DNA of 63,970 nucleotides, filler included, from Raillietiella orientalis (lineage: Eukaryota): the NCBI GenBank assembly GCA_036172245.1. It is 9 parts of 9 records of this genome, joined end to end, with 100 filler letters (N's around TTAATTAATTAA, not from the genome) between each part and the next. Parts side by side here need not be neighbours in the genome. Positions count along the whole stretch, not along the records: positions 14,943 to 22,161 come from JAYWIR010000304.1; positions 22,262 to 29,479 come from JAYWIR010000305.1; 7 more parts are not named here. One strand, given 5' to 3'. The notes beneath the pieces were generated by a model. It saw only the letters and a program-made list of their open reading frames with translations, was not told the DNA's origin and did no database searches. Both the position numbers and the translations under genes were made by a program. This document shows, one piece after another, positions 14,843 through 29,579 of the stretch (position 1 is its first letter; every line of letters begins with the position of its first letter).

Positions 14843-14942
14843 NNNNNNNNNNNNNNNNNNNNNNNNNNNNNNNNNNNNNNNNNNNNTTAATTAATTAANN
14901 NNNNNNNNNNNNNNNNNNNNNNNNNNNNNNNNNNNNNNNNNN

Positions 14943-17900
14943 GGATGTAGGAAGTGGAAGTAGATTGCTTCCAACCATTTTGATGTCTCAGGATTGCGAC
15001 CGAATTCATCGGGAACCGGCCATGGTCGTTTTGGTGCAAGTGCGGAGATTTGGACGGAAAACACCACATTGGAAATAGAAAAGATAAAGGAATTTTTTTG
15101 ATGCACTTCGAAGATTCTATTTCTATGCTGGAAGTGGAAGTAGATTGATTCCAACCATTTTGATGTCTCAGGATTGCGACCGAATTCATCGGGAAGCGGC
15201 CATGGTCGTTTAGGAGCAAGTGCGGAGATTTGGACGGAAAACACCACATTGGAAATAGAAAACATAGAGGAATTCCTGTGATGCATTTTGAAGATTCTAT
15301 TTCTATGCTGGAAGTGGAAGTAGATTGCTTCCAACCATTTCGATGTCTCAGGATTGCGACCGAATTCATCGGGAAACGGCCATGGTCGTTTTGGTGCAAG
15401 TGCGGAGATTTGGACGGAAAACACCACATTAAAAATAGAAAAGATAGAGGAATTTCTTTGATGCACTTTGAGGATTCTATCTCTATGCTGGAAGTGGAAG
15501 TACATTAATTCCAACCATTTTCATGTCTCACGATTGCGACCGAATTCATCGGGAACCGGCCATGGTCGTTTTGGTGCAAGTGCGGAGATTTGGACGGAAA
15601 ACACCACACTGGAAATAGAAAACATAGAGGAATTTCTGTGATGCATTTTGAAGATTCAATTTCTATGCTGGAAGACGAAGTAGATTGATTCCAACCATTT
15701 TGATGTCTCAGGATTTCGACCGAATTCATCGGGAAGCGGCCATGGTCGTTTTGGTGCTAGTGTGGAGATTTGGACGGAAAACACCACATTGGAAATAGAA
15801 AAGATAAAGGAATTTGTTTGATCCACTTTGAAGATTCTATTTGGATGTAGGAAGTGGAAGTAGATTGCTTCCAACCATTTTCATGTCTCAGGATTGCGAC
15901 CGAATTAATCGGGAACCGGCCATGGTCATTTTGGTGCGAGTGCGGAGATTTGTACGGAAAACACCACATTGGAAATAGAAAAGATAAGGGAATTTTTTTT
16001 ATCCACTTTGAAGATTCTATTTATATGCAGGAAGTGGAAGTAGATTGCTTCCAACCATTTTGATGTCTCAGGATTGCGACCGAATTCATCGGGAACCGGC
16101 CATGGTCGTTTACGTGCAAGTGCGGAGATTTGGACGGAAAACATCACATTGGAAATAGAAAAGATAGAGGAATTTTTTGCATACACTTTGAAGATTGTAT
16201 TTGGATTCAGGAAGTGGCAGTAGATTGCTTCCAACCATTTTGATGTCTAAGGATTGCGACCGAATTCATCGGGAAGCGGCCATGGTCGTTTTGGTGCAAG
16301 TGCGGAGATTTGGACGGAAAACACCACATTGGAAATAGGAAAGATAGAGGAATTTTTAGGAAGCACTTTGAAGATTCTATTTCTATGCTGGAAGTGGAAG
16401 TAGATTGCTTCCAACCATTTTGATGTCTCAGGATTGCGACCGAATTCATCGGGAACCGGCCATGGTCGTTTAGGTGCAAGTGCGGAGATATGGACGGAAA
16501 ACACCACATTGGAAATAGAAAAGATAGAGGAATTTTTTGCATACACTTTGAAGATTGTATTTGGATGCAGGAAGTGGAAGTAGATTGCTTCCAACCATTT
16601 TGATGTCTAAGGATTGCGACCGAATTCATCGGGAACCGGCCATGGTCGTTTAGTTGCAAGTGCGGAGATTTGGACGGAAAACACCCCATTGGAAACAGAA
16701 AAGATAGAAGAATTTTTTTGATGCATTTTGAAGATTCTATTTCTATGCTGGAAGTGGAAGTAGATTGATTCCAACCATTTTCAGGTCTCAGGATTGCGAC
16801 CGAATTCATCGGGAAGCGGCCATGGTCGTTTACGTGCAAGTGCGGAGATTTGGACGGAAAACACCACATTGGAAATAGAAAAGATAGAGGAATTTTTAGG
16901 AAGCACTTTGAAGATTCTATTTCTATGCTGGAAGAGAAAGTAGATTGATTCCAACCATTTTGATGTCTCAGGATTGCGACCGAATTCATCGGGAAGCGGC
17001 CATGGTCGTTTAGGTGCAAGTGCGGAGATTTAGACGGAAAACACCACATTGAAAATAGAAAAGATAGAGGAATTTTTTTGATGCACTTTGAAGATTCTAT
17101 TTCTATGCTGGAAGTGGAAGTAGATTGATTCCAACCATTTTCAGGTCTCAGGATTGCGACCGAATTCATCGGGAAGCGGCCATGGTCGTTTACGTGCAAG
17201 TGCGGAGATTTGGACGGAAAACACCACATTGGAAATAGAAAAGATAGAGGAATTTTCTTGCTGCATTTTGAAGATTCTATTTCTATGCTGGAAGAGGAAG
17301 TAGATTGATTCCAACCATTTTGATGTCTCAGGATTAAGACCGAATTCATCGGGAAGCGGCCATGGTCGTTTACATGCAAGTTTGGAGATTTGGACGGAAA
17401 ACACCACATTGGAAATAAAAAAGATAAAGGAATTTGTTTGATGCACTTTGAGGATTCTATCTCTATGCTGGAAGTGGAAGTAGATTGCTTCCAACCATTT
17501 CGATGTCTCAGGATTGCGACCGAATTCATCGGGAAACGGCCATGGTCGTTTAGGAGCAAGTGCGGAGATTTGGACGGAAAACACCACATTGGAAATAGAA
17601 AACATAGAGGAATTTCTGTGATGCATTTTGAAGATTCTATTTCTATGCTGGAAGTGGAAGTAGATTGCTTCCAACCATTTTGATGTCTCAGGATTGCGAC
17701 CGAATTCATCGGGAAACGGCCATGGTCGTTTTGGTGCAAGTGCGGAGATTTGGACGGAAAACACCACATTGGAAATAGAAAAGATAGAGGAATTTCTTTG
17801 ATGCACTTGGAGGATTCTATCTCTATGCTGGAAGTGGAAGTACATTGATTCCAACCATTTTCATGTCTCACGATTGCGACCGAATTCATCGGGAACCGGC

Positions 17901-20900
17901 CATGGTCGTTTTGGTGCAAGTGCGGAGATTTGGACGGAAAACACCACACTGGAAATAGAAAACATAGAGGAATTTCTGTGATGCATTTTGAAGTTTCAAT
18001 TTCTATGCTGGAAGACGAAGTAGATTGATTCCAACCATTTTGATGTCTCAGGATTTCGACCGAATTCATCGGGAAGCGGCCATGGTCGTTTTGGTGCTAG
18101 TGTGGAGATTTGGACGGAAAACACCACATTGGGAATAGAAAAGATAAAGGAATTTGTTTGATCCACTTTGAAGATTCTATTTGGATGTAGGAAGTGGAAG
18201 TAGATTGCTTCCAACCATTTTCATGTCTCAGGATTGCGACCGAATTGATCGGGAACCGGCCATGGTCATTTTGGTGCGAGTGCGGAGGTTTGTACGGAAA
18301 ACACCACATTGGAAATAGAAATGATAAGGGAATTTTTTTTATCCACTTTGAAGATTCTATTTATATGCAGGAAGTGGAAGTAGATTGCTTCCAACCATTT
18401 TGATGTCTCAGGATTGCGACCGAATTCATCGGGAACCGGCCATGGTCGTTTACGTGCAAGTGCGGAGATTTGGACGGAAAACATCACATTGGAAATAGAA
18501 AAGATAGAGGAATTTTTTGCATACACTTTGAAGATTGTATTTGGATGCAGGAAGTGGAAGTAGATTGCTTCCAACCATTTTGATGTCTAAGGATTGCGAC
18601 CGAATTCATCGGGAAGCGGCCATGGTCGTTTAGGTGCAAGTGCGGAGATTTGGACGGAAAACACCACATTGGAAATAGAAAAGATAGAGGAATTTTTTGC
18701 ATACACTTTGAAGATTGTATTTGGATGCAGGAAGTGGAAGTAGATTGCTTCCAACCATTTTGATGTCTAAGGATTGCGACCGAATTCATCGGGAACCGGC
18801 CATGGTCGTTTAGGTGCAAGTGCGGAGATTTGGACGGAAAACACCACATTGGAAATAGAAAAGATAGAGGAATTTTTTTGATGCATTTTGAAGATTCTAT
18901 TTCTATGCTGGAAGTGGAAGTAGATTGATTCCAACCATTTTCAGGTCTCAGGATTGCGACCGAATTCATCGGGAAGCGGCCATGGTCGTTTTGGTGCAAG
19001 TGCGGAGATTTGGACGGAAAACACCACATTGGAAATAGAAAAGATAAAGGAATTTTTTTGATGCACTTCAAAGATTCTATTTCTATGCTGGAGAAGGAAG
19101 TAGATTGCTTCCAACCATTTCGATGTCTCAGGATTGCGACCGAATTCATCGGGAAACGGCCATGGTCGTTTTGGTGCAAGTGCGGAGATTTGGACGGAAA
19201 ACACCACATTGGAAATAGAAAAGATAGAGGAATTTTTTTGATGCACTTTGAGGATTCTATCTCTATGCTGGAAGTGGAAGTACATTGATTCCAACCATTT
19301 TCATGTCTCACGATTGCGACCGAATTCATCGGGAACCGGCCATGGTCGTTTTGGTGCAAGTGCGGAGATTTGGACGGAAAACACCACATTGGAAATAGAA
19401 AAGATAGAGGAATTTCTGTGATGCATTTTGAAGATTCAATTTCTATGCTGGAAGACGAAGTAGATTGATTCCAACCATTTTGATGTCTCAGGATTTCGAC
19501 CGAATTCATCGGGAAGCGGCCATGGTCGTTTACGAGCAAGTGCGGAGATTTGGACGGAAAACACCACATTGGAAATAGAAAAGATAGAGGAATTTTTTGG
19601 ATACACTTTGAAGATTCTATTTGGATGCAGGAAGTGGAAGTAGATTGCTTCCAACCATTTTGATGTCTCAGGATTGCGACCGAATTCATCGGGAACCGGC
19701 CATGGTCGTTTTGGTGCAAGTGCGGAGATTTGGACGGAAAACACCACATCGGAAATACAAAAGATAGAGGAATTTTTTTGAACCACTTTGAAGATTCTAT
19801 TTGGATGTAGGAAGTGGAAGTAGATTGCTTCCAACCATTTTGATGTCTCAGGATTGCGACCGAATTCATCGGGAACCGGCCATGGTCGTTTTGGTGCAAG
19901 TGCGGAGATTTGGACGGAAAACACCACATTGGAAATAGAAAAGATAGAAGAATTTCTGTGATGCATTTTGAAGATTCAATTTCTATGCTGGAAGACCAAG
20001 TAGATTGATTCCAACCATTTTGATGTCTCAGGATTTCGACCGAATTCATCGGGAAGCGGCCATGGTCGTTTTGGTGCTAGTGTGGAGATTTGGACGGAAA
20101 ACACCACATTGGAAATAGAAAAGATAAAGGAATTTGTTTGATCCACTTTGAAGATTCTATTTGGATGTAGGAAGTGGAAGTAGATTGCTTCCAACCATTT
20201 TCATGTCTCAGGATTGCGACCGAATTAATCGGGAACCGGCCATGGTCATTTTGGTGCGAGTGCGGAGATTTGTACGGAAAACACCACATTGGAAATAGAA
20301 AAGATAGAGGAATTTTTTGCATACACTTTGAAGATTGTATTTGGATGCAGGAAGTGGCAGTAGATTGCTTCCAACCATTTTGATGTCTCAGGATTCCGAC
20401 CGAATTCATCGGGAAGCGGACATGGTCGTTTACGTGCAAGTGCGGAGATTTGGACGGAAAACACCACATTGGAAATAGAGAAGATAGAGCAATTTTAAGG
20501 AAACACTTTGAAGATTCTATTTGGATGCAGGAAGTGGAAGTAGATTGCTTCCAACCGTTTTGATGTCTCAGGATTGCGACCGAATTCATCGGGAAACGGC
20601 CATGGTCGTTTTGGTGCAAGTGCGGAGATTTGGACGGAAAACACCACATCGGAAATACAAAAGATAGAGGAATTTTTTTGAACCACTTTGAAGATTCTAT
20701 TTGGATGTAGGAACTGGAAGTAGATTGCTTCCAACCATTTTGATGTCTCAGGATTGCGACCGAATTCATCGGGAAGCGGCCATGGTCGTTTTGGTGCTAG
20801 TGCGGAGATTTGGACGGAAAACACCACATTGGAAATAGAAAAGATAGAGGAATTTTTTTGATCCACTTTGAAGATTCTATTCGGATGTAGGAAGTGGAAG

Positions 20901-22161
20901 TAGATTGCTTCCAACCATTTTCATGTCTCAGGATTGCGACCGAATTATTCGGGAACCGGCCATGGTCGTTTTGGTGCAAGTGCGGAGATTTCGACGGAAA
21001 ACACCACACTGGAAATAGAAAAGATAAAGGAATTTTTTTGATGCACTTTAAAGTTTCTATTACTATGCTGGAAGAGGAAGTAGATTGCTTCCAACCATTT
21101 CGATGTCTCAGGATTGCGACCGAATTCATCGGGAAACGGCCATGGTCGTTTAGGAGCAAGTGCGGAGATTTGGACGGAAAACACCACATTGGAAATAGAA
21201 AACATAGAGGAATTCCTGTGATGCATTTTGAAGATTCTATTTCTATGCTGGAAGTGGAAGTAGATTGCTTCCAACCATTTCGATGTCTCAGGATTGCGAC
21301 CGAATTCATCGGGAAACGGCCATGGTCGTTTTGGTGCAAGTGCGGAGATTTGGACGGAAAACACCACATTGGAAATAGAAAAGATAGAGGAATTTTTTTG
21401 ATGCACTTTGAGGATTCTATCTCTATGCTGGAAGTGGAAGTACATTGATTCCAACCATTTTCATGTCTCACGATTGCGACCGAATTCATCGGGAACCGGC
21501 CATGGTCGTTTTGGTGCAAGTGCGGAGATTTGGACGGAAAACACCACATTGGAAATAGAAAACATAGAGGAATTTCTGTGATGCATTTTGAAGATTCAAT
21601 TTCTATGCTGGAAGACGAAGTAGATTGATTCCAACCATTTTGATGTCTCAGGATTTCGACCGAATTCATCGGGAAGCGGCCATGGTCGTTTTGGTGCTAG
21701 TGTGGAGATTTGGACGGAAAACACCACATTGGAAATAGAACAGATAAAGGAATTTGTTTGATCCACTTTGAAGACTCTATTTGGATGTAGGAAGTGGAAG
21801 TAGATTGCTTCCAACCATTTTCATGTCTCAGGATTGCGACCGAATTAATCGGGAACCGGCCATGGTCATTTTGGTGCAAGTGCGGAGATTTGTACGGAAA
21901 ACACCACATTGGAAATAGAAAAGATAAAGGAATTTTTTTGATCCACTTTGAAGATTCTATTTGGATGTAGGAAGTGGAAGTAGATTGCTTCCAACCATTT
22001 TGATGTCTCAGGATTGCGACCGAATTAATCGGGAACCGGCCATGGTCGTTTTGGTGCAAGTGCGGAGATTTGGACGGAAAACACCACATTGGAAATAGAA
22101 AAGATAAAGGAATTTTTTTGATGCACTTCAAAGATTCTATTTCTATGCTGGAGAAGGAAGT
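14943..22161. repeat. Tandem satellite array, 180-bp monomer (family C), ~40 copies
   Basis: The unit cgaattcatcgggaa(c/g/a)cggccatggtcgtt...acaccacattggaaatagaaaagatagagg recurs at exactly 180 bp. It stays in register with the 60-nt lines throughout. Confidence 0.98.
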
Positions 22162-22261
22162 NNNNNNNNNNNNNNNNNNNNNNNNNNNNNNNNNNNNNNN
22201 NNNNNTTAATTAATTAANNNNNNNNNNNNNNNNNNNNNNNNNNNNNNNNNNNNNNNNNNNN

Positions 22262-25200
22262 CGAGGAAGTGGGGATGTGATAAAGGTGCCGTTGCATCCA
22301 CGGGGAAAGGAATCCGTTCGGATGCTCGGAAGGAGCTTAAAGATGTAATCGACATTTTAGAAATTGATTAGATATCAGCAGATACTGCAAGTTTGCACTC
22401 AAAAAAGGAAGATGGAGGGTAAAAACTTCATCTGTCCATTGCAAAAATGGTTGGCATTAAATCCGGACTACCACCAATCCTTCCATCTTGAAATTAGTTC
22501 GGTTCTCCTATGATTTCTTCTCGTGGAGCTAGAGTTGCGGACGAAGTGGGGATGTGATAAAGGTGCCTTTGCATCCACGGGGAAAGGAATCCGTTCGGAT
22601 GCTCGGAAGGAGCCGAACGATGTAATAGACATTATAGAAATTGTCTTGATATCACCAGAGACTGCAAATTTGCACTGAAAAAAGGAAGATCGAAGGGAAG
22701 AAAACTTTTTCGGTCCATTGCAAAAAAGGTTGCCATGAAAACCAGACTAACACCAATCCTGCCATCTTGAAATTAGTTCGGTTCTCCTATGATTTCTTCT
22801 CGTGGAGCTAAAGTTTCGGAGGAAGTGGGGATGTGATAAAGGTGCCTTTGCATCCACGGGGAAAGGAATCCGTTCGGATGCTCGGAAGGAGCTTGAAGAT
22901 GTAATCGACATTATAGAAATTGATTAGATATCAGCAGACACTGCAAATTTGCACTGAAAAAAGGAAGATCGAAGGGAAGAAAACTTTTTCGGTCCATTGC
23001 AAAAAAGGTTGCCATGAAAACCAGACTAACACCAATCCTGCCATCTTGAAATTAGTTCGGTTCTCCTATGATTTCTTCCCTTGGAGCAAGGGATTCCGAG
23101 GAAGCGGGGATGTGATAAAGGTGCCGTTGCATCCACGGGGAAAGGAATCCGTTCAGATGCTCGGAAGGAGCTTAAAGATGTAATCGACATTATAGAAATT
23201 ATTAGATATCAGCAGACACAGCAAATTTGCACTGAAAAAAGGAACATGGAGGGTAAAAAACTTCATCTCTCCATTGCAAAAAAGGTTGCCATGAAAACCA
23301 GACTAACACCAATCCTGCACTCATGAAATTAGTTCGGTTATCCTATGATTTCTTCTTGCGGAGCAAGGGATTCCGAGGAAGTGGGGATGTGATAAAGGTG
23401 CCTTTGTATCCATGGGGAAAGGAATCCGTTGGGATGCTCGGAAGGAGCCGAACGATGTAATAGACATTATAGAAATTGTCTTGAAATCACCAGACACTGC
23501 AAATTTGCACTGAAAAAAGGAAGATGGAGGGAAGAAAACTTTATCTGTCCATTGCAAAAAAGGTTGCCATGAAAACCAGACTAACACCAATCCTGCACTC
23601 TTGAAATTAGTTCGGTTCTCCTATGATTTCTTCTCGTGGAGCAAGGGATTCCGAGGAAGCGGGGATGTGATAAAGGTGCCGTTGCATCCACGGGGAAAGG
23701 AATCCGTTCGGATGCTCGGAAGGAGCTTGAAGATGTAATCGACATTATAGAAATTGATTAGATATCAGCAGACACTGCAAATTTGCACTGAAAAAGGAAG
23801 ATGGAGGGTAAAAAACTTCATCTGTCCATTGCAAAAAAGGTTGCCATGAAAACCAGACTAACACCAATCCTGCCATCTTGAAATTAGTTCGGTTCTCCTA
23901 TGATTTCTTCCCTTGGAGCAAGGGATTCCGAGGAAGTGGGGATGTGATAAAGGTGCCTTTGCAACCATGGGGAAAGGAATCTGTTCGGATGCTCGGAAGG
24001 AGCTTAAAGATGTAATAGACATTAAAAAAATTGATTAGATATCAGCAGACACTGCAAATTTGCACTGAAATCAGGAAGATGGAGGGAAAAAAACTTCATC
24101 TGTCCATTCAAAAATGGTTGCCATGAAAACCGGACTACCACCAATCCTTCCATCTTGAAATTAGTTCGGTTCTCCTTTGATTTCTTCTCGTGGAGCTAAA
24201 GTTTCGGAGGAAGTGGGGATGTGATAAAGGTGCCTTTGCATCCACGGGGAAAGGATTCCGTTCGGATGCTCGAAAGGAGCCGAACGATGTAATAGACATT
24301 ATAGAAATTGTCTTGAAATCACCAGACACTGCAAATTTGCACTGAAAAAACGAAGATGGAGGGAAGAAAACTTCATCTCTCCATTGCACAAATGGTTGCC
24401 ATGAAAACCAGACTAACACCAATCCTGCCATCTTGAAATTAGTTCGGTTCTCCTATGATTTCTTCCCTTGGAGCAAGGGATTCCGAGGAAGTGGGGATGT
24501 GATAAAGGTGCCTTTGCATCCATGGGGAAAGGAATACGTTCGGATGCTCGGAAGGAGCCGAACGATGTAATAGACATTATAGAAATTTTCTTGAAATCAC
24601 CAGACTCTGCAAATTTGCACTGAAAAAAGGAAGATGCAGGGTAAAAAACTACATCTCTTCATTGCAAAAATGGTTGCCATGAAAACCAGACTAACACCAA
24701 TCCTGCCATCTTGAAATTAGTTCGGTTCTAAAATGATTTCTTCCCTTGGAGCAAGGGATTCCGAGGAAGCGGGGATGTGATAAAGGTGCCGTGGCATCCA
24801 TGGGGAAAGGAATCCGTTCGGATGCTCGGAAGGAGCTTAAAGATGTAATCGACATTATAGAAATTGATTAGATATCAGCAGACACTGCAAATTTGCACTG
24901 AAAATAGGAAGATGGAGAGAAAAAAACTTCATCTGTCCTTTGCAAAAATGATTGCCATGAGAACCAGACTAACACCTGTCCTGCCATGTTGCAATTAGTT
25001 CGGTTCTCCTATGATTTCTTCACGTGGAGCAAGAGATTCGGAGGAAGTGGGGATGTGATAAAGGTGCCTTTGCATCCATGGGGAAAGGAATCCGTTCGGA
25101 TGCTCAAAAGGAGGTTAAAGATGTAATCGACATTATAGAAATTAATTAGATATCAGCAGACACTGCAAATTTGCACTGAAAAAAGGAAGATGGAGGGTAA

Positions 25201-28200
25201 AAAACTTCATCTGTCCATTGCAAAAATGGTTGCCATGAAAACCAGACTAACACCAATCCTGCCATCTTGAAATTAGTTCGGTTCTCCTATGATTTCTTCC
25301 CTTGGAGCAAGGGATTCCGAGGAAGTGGGGATGTGATAAAGGTGCCTTTGCATCCATGGGGAAAGGAATCCGTTCGGATGCTCGGAAGGAGCTGAAAGAT
25401 GTAATCGACATTATAGAAATTGTCTAGATATCAGCAGACACTGCAAATTTGCACTGAAAAAAGGAAGATGGAGGGTAAAAAACTTCATCTGTCCATTGCA
25501 AAAATGGTTGCCATGAAAACCAGACTAACACCAATCCTGCCATCTTGAAATTAGTTCGGTTCTCCTATGATTTCTTCCCTTGGAGCAAGGGATTCCGAGG
25601 AAGTGGGGATGTGATAAAGGTGCCGTTGCATCCACGGGGAAAGGAATCCGTTCGGATGCTCGGAAGGAGCTTAAAGATGTAATCGACATTATAGAAATTG
25701 ATTAGATATCAGCAGACACTGCAAATTTGCACTGAAAAAAGGAAGATGGAGGGTAAAAAACTTCATCTGTCCATTGCAAAAATGGTTGCCATGAAAACCA
25801 GACTAACACCAATCCTGCCATCTTGAAATTAGTTCGGTTCTCCTATGATTTCTTCCCGTGGAGCAAGAGATTCGGAGGAAGTGGGGATGTGATAAAGGTG
25901 CCTTTGCATCCATGGGGAAAGGAATCCGTTCGGATGCTCGGAAGGAGCCGAACGATGTAATAGACATTATAGAAATTGTCTTGAAATCACCAGACACTGC
26001 AAATTTGCACTGAAAAAAGGAAGATGGAGGGAAGAAAACTTCATCTGTCTATTGCAAAAATGGTTGCCATGAAAACCAGACTAACACCAATCCTGCCATC
26101 TTGAAATTAGTTCGGTTCTCCTATGATTTCTTCTCGTGGAGCAAGGGATTCCGAGGAAGTGGGGATGTGATAAAGGTGCCGTTGCATCCATGGGGAAAGG
26201 AATCCGTTCGGATGCTCGGAAGGAGCTTAAAGATGTAATCGACATTATAGAAATTGATTAGATATCAGCAGACACTGCAAATTTGCACTGAAAAAAGGAA
26301 GATGGAGGGTAAAAACTTCATCTGTCCATTGCAAAAATGGTTGCCATGAAAACCGGACTAACACCAATCCTGCCATCTTGAAATTAGTTCGGTTCTCCTA
26401 TGATTTCTTCCCTTGGAGCAAGGGATTCCGAGGAAGTGGGGATGTGATAAAGGTGCCGTTGCATTCACGGGGTAGGAATCCGTTCGGATGCTCGGAAGGA
26501 GCTTAAAGGTGTAATAGACATTAAAAAAATTGATTAGATATCAGCAGACACTGCAAATTTGCACTGAAAAAAAAAGATGGAGGGTAAAAAACTTCATCTG
26601 TCCATTGCAGAAAAGGTTGCCATGAAAACCAGACTAACACCAATCCTGCACTCTTGAAATTAGTTCGGTTATCCTATGATTTCTTCTCGCGGAGCAAGGG
26701 ATTCCGAGGAAGTGGGGATGTGATAAAGGTGCCTTTGCATCCCTGGGGAAAGGAATCCGTTGGGATGCTGGGAAGGTGCTTAAAGATGTAATAGACATTA
26801 TAGAAATTGATTACATATCAGCAGACACTGCGAATTTGCACTGAAAATAGGAAGATGGAGGGTAAAAAACTACATCTCTCCATTGCAAAAATGGTTGCCA
26901 TGAAAACCGGACTAACACCAATCCTGCCATCTTGAAATTAGTTCGGTTCTCCTATGATTTCTTCCCTTGGAGCAAGGGATTCCGAGGAAGTGGGGATGTG
27001 ATAAAGGTGTTTTTGCATACATGGGGAAAGGAATCCGTTCGGATGCTCGGAAGGTGCCGAACGATGTAATAGACATTATAGAAATTTTCTTGATATCACC
27101 AGACACTGCAAATTTGCACTGAAATAAGAAAGATGGAGGGAAGAAAACTTCATCTCTCCATTGCAAAAATGGTTGCCATGAAAACCAGACTAACACCAAT
27201 CCTGCCATCTTGAAATTAGTTCGGTTCTCCTATGATTTCTTCCCTTGGAGCAAGGGATTCCTAGGAAGTGGGGATGTGATAAAGGTTCCGTTGCATCCAC
27301 GGGGAAAGGAATCCGTTCGGATGCTCGGAAGGAGCCGAACGATGCAATAGACATTATAGAAATTGTCTTGAAATCACCAGACACTGCAAATTTGCACTGA
27401 AAAAGGAAGATGGAGGGTAAAAAACTTCATCTGTCCATTGCAAAAAAGGTTGCCATGAAAACCAGACTAACACCAATCCTGCCATCTTGAAATAAGTTCG
27501 GTTCTCCTATGATTTCTTCTCGTGGAGCAAGGGATTCCGAGGAAGTGGGGATGTGATAAAGGTGCCGTTGCATCCACGGGGAAAGGAATCCGTTCGGATG
27601 CTCGGAAGGAGCTTAAAGATGTAATAGACATTATAGAAATTGATTAGATATCAGCAGACACTGCAAATTTGCACTGAAAAAGGAAGATGGAGGGTAAAAA
27701 ACTTCATCTGTCCATTGCAAAAAAGGTTGCCATGAAAACCAGACTAACACCAATCCTGCACTCTTGAAATTAGTTCGGTTATCCTATGATTTCTTCTCGC
27801 GGAGCAAGAAATTCGGAGGAAGTGTTGATGTGATAAAGGTGCCTTTGCATCCATGGGGAAAGGAATCCTTTAGGATGCTCGGAAGGTGCTTAAAGATGTA
27901 ATGAACATTATAGAAATTGATTAGATATCAGCAGACACTGCAAATTTGCACTCAAAAAAGGAAGATGGAGGGTAAAAACTTCATCTGTCCATTGCAAAAA
28001 TGGTTGCCATGAAAACCGGACTAACACCAATCCTGCCATCTTGAAATTAGTTCGGTTCTCCTATGATTTCTTCCCTTGGAGCAAGGGATTCCGAGGAAGC
28101 GGGGATGTGATAAAGGTGCCGTTGCATCCACGGGGAAAGGAATCCGTTCGGATGCTCGGAAGGAGCTTGAAGATGTAATCGACATTATAGAAATTGATTA

Positions 28201-29479
28201 GATATCAGCAGACACTGCAAATTTGCACTGAAAAAGGAAGATGGAGGGTAAAAAACTTCATCTGTCCATTGCAAAAAAGGTTGCCATGAAAACCAGACTA
28301 ACACCAATCCTGCCATCTTGAAATTAGTTCGGTTCTCCTATGATTTCTTCCCTTGGAGCAAGGGATTCCGAGGAAGTGGGGATGTGATAAAGGTGCCTTT
28401 GCAACCATGGGGAAAGGAATCTGTTCGGATGCTCGGAAGGAGCTTAAAGATGTAATAGACATTAAAAAAATTGATTAGATATCAGCAGACACTGCAAATT
28501 TGCACTGAAATCAGGAAGATGGAGGGAAAAAAACTTCATCTGTCCATTCAAAAATGGTTGCCATGAAAACCGGACTACCACCAATCCTTCCATCTTGAAA
28601 TTAGTTCGGTTCTCGTTTGATTTCTTCTCGTGGAGCAAAAGTTTCGGAGGAAGTGGGGATGTGATAAAGGTGCCTTTGCATCCACGGGGAAAGGATTCCG
28701 TTCGGATGCTCGAAAGGAGCCGAACGATGTAATAGACATTATAGAAATTGTCTTGAAATCACCAGACACTGCAAATTTGCACTGAAAAAACGAAGATGGA
28801 GGGAAGAAAACTTCATCTCTCCATTGCACAAATGGTTGCCATGAAAACCAGACTAACACCAATCCTGCACTCTTGAAATTAGTTCGGTTCTCCTATGATT
28901 TCTTCCCTTGGAGCAAGGGATTCCGAGGAAGTGGGGATGTGATAAAGGTGCCTTTGCATACATGGGGAAAGGAATCCGTTCGGATGCTCGGAAGGAGCCG
29001 AACGATGTAATAGACATTATAGAAATTTTCTTGAAATCACCAGACACTGCAAATTTGCACTGAAAAAAGGAAGATGCAGGGTAAAAAACTACATCTCTTC
29101 ATTGCAAAAATGGTTGCCATGAAAACCAGACTAACACCAATCCTGCCATCTTGAAATTAGTTCGGTTCTCCTATGATTTCTTCCCTTGGAGCAAGGGATT
29201 CCGAGGAAGTGGGGATGTGATAAAGGTTCCGTTGCATCCACGGGGAAAGGAATCCGTTCGGATGCTCGGAAGGAGCTTAAAGATGTAATCGACATTTTAG
29301 AAATTGATTAGATATCAGCAGACACTGCAAATTTGCACTGAAAAAAGGAAGATGGAGGGTAAAAAACTTCATCTGTCCATTGCAAAAATGGTTGCCATGA
29401 AAACCAGACTAACACCAATCCTGCCATCTTGAAATTAGTTCGGTTCTCCTATGATTTCTTCCCTTGGAGCAAGGGATTC
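22262..29479. repeat. Tandem satellite array, 277-278-bp monomer (subfamily B2), ~26 copies
   Basis: Same backbone as 7561-14842 with diagnostic variants (ctaacaccaatcctgccatcttgaaattag; gatgtaatcgacattatagaaattgattagatatcagcagac). Confidence 0.97.
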
Positions 29480-29579
29480 NNNNNNNNNNNNNNNNNNNNN
29501 NNNNNNNNNNNNNNNNNNNNNNNTTAATTAATTAANNNNNNNNNNNNNNNNNNNNNNNNNNNNNNNNNNNNNNNNNNNN

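Noticed and set aside
16207..21669. Long minus-strand ORFs (620, 521, 290 aa) of 60-aa repeats
   Set aside because: The monomer length is a multiple of 3, so frames stay open passively. Two frames are open at once, stops are scattered, variants look mostly non-synonymous and no domain is recognisable.
14943..22161. Possible CRISPR array, or a known plant CEN180 repeat
   Set aside because: There are no unique spacers; the whole unit is repeated, and no cas genes are present. Only the length resembles Arabidopsis CEN180; I recognise no sequence match.
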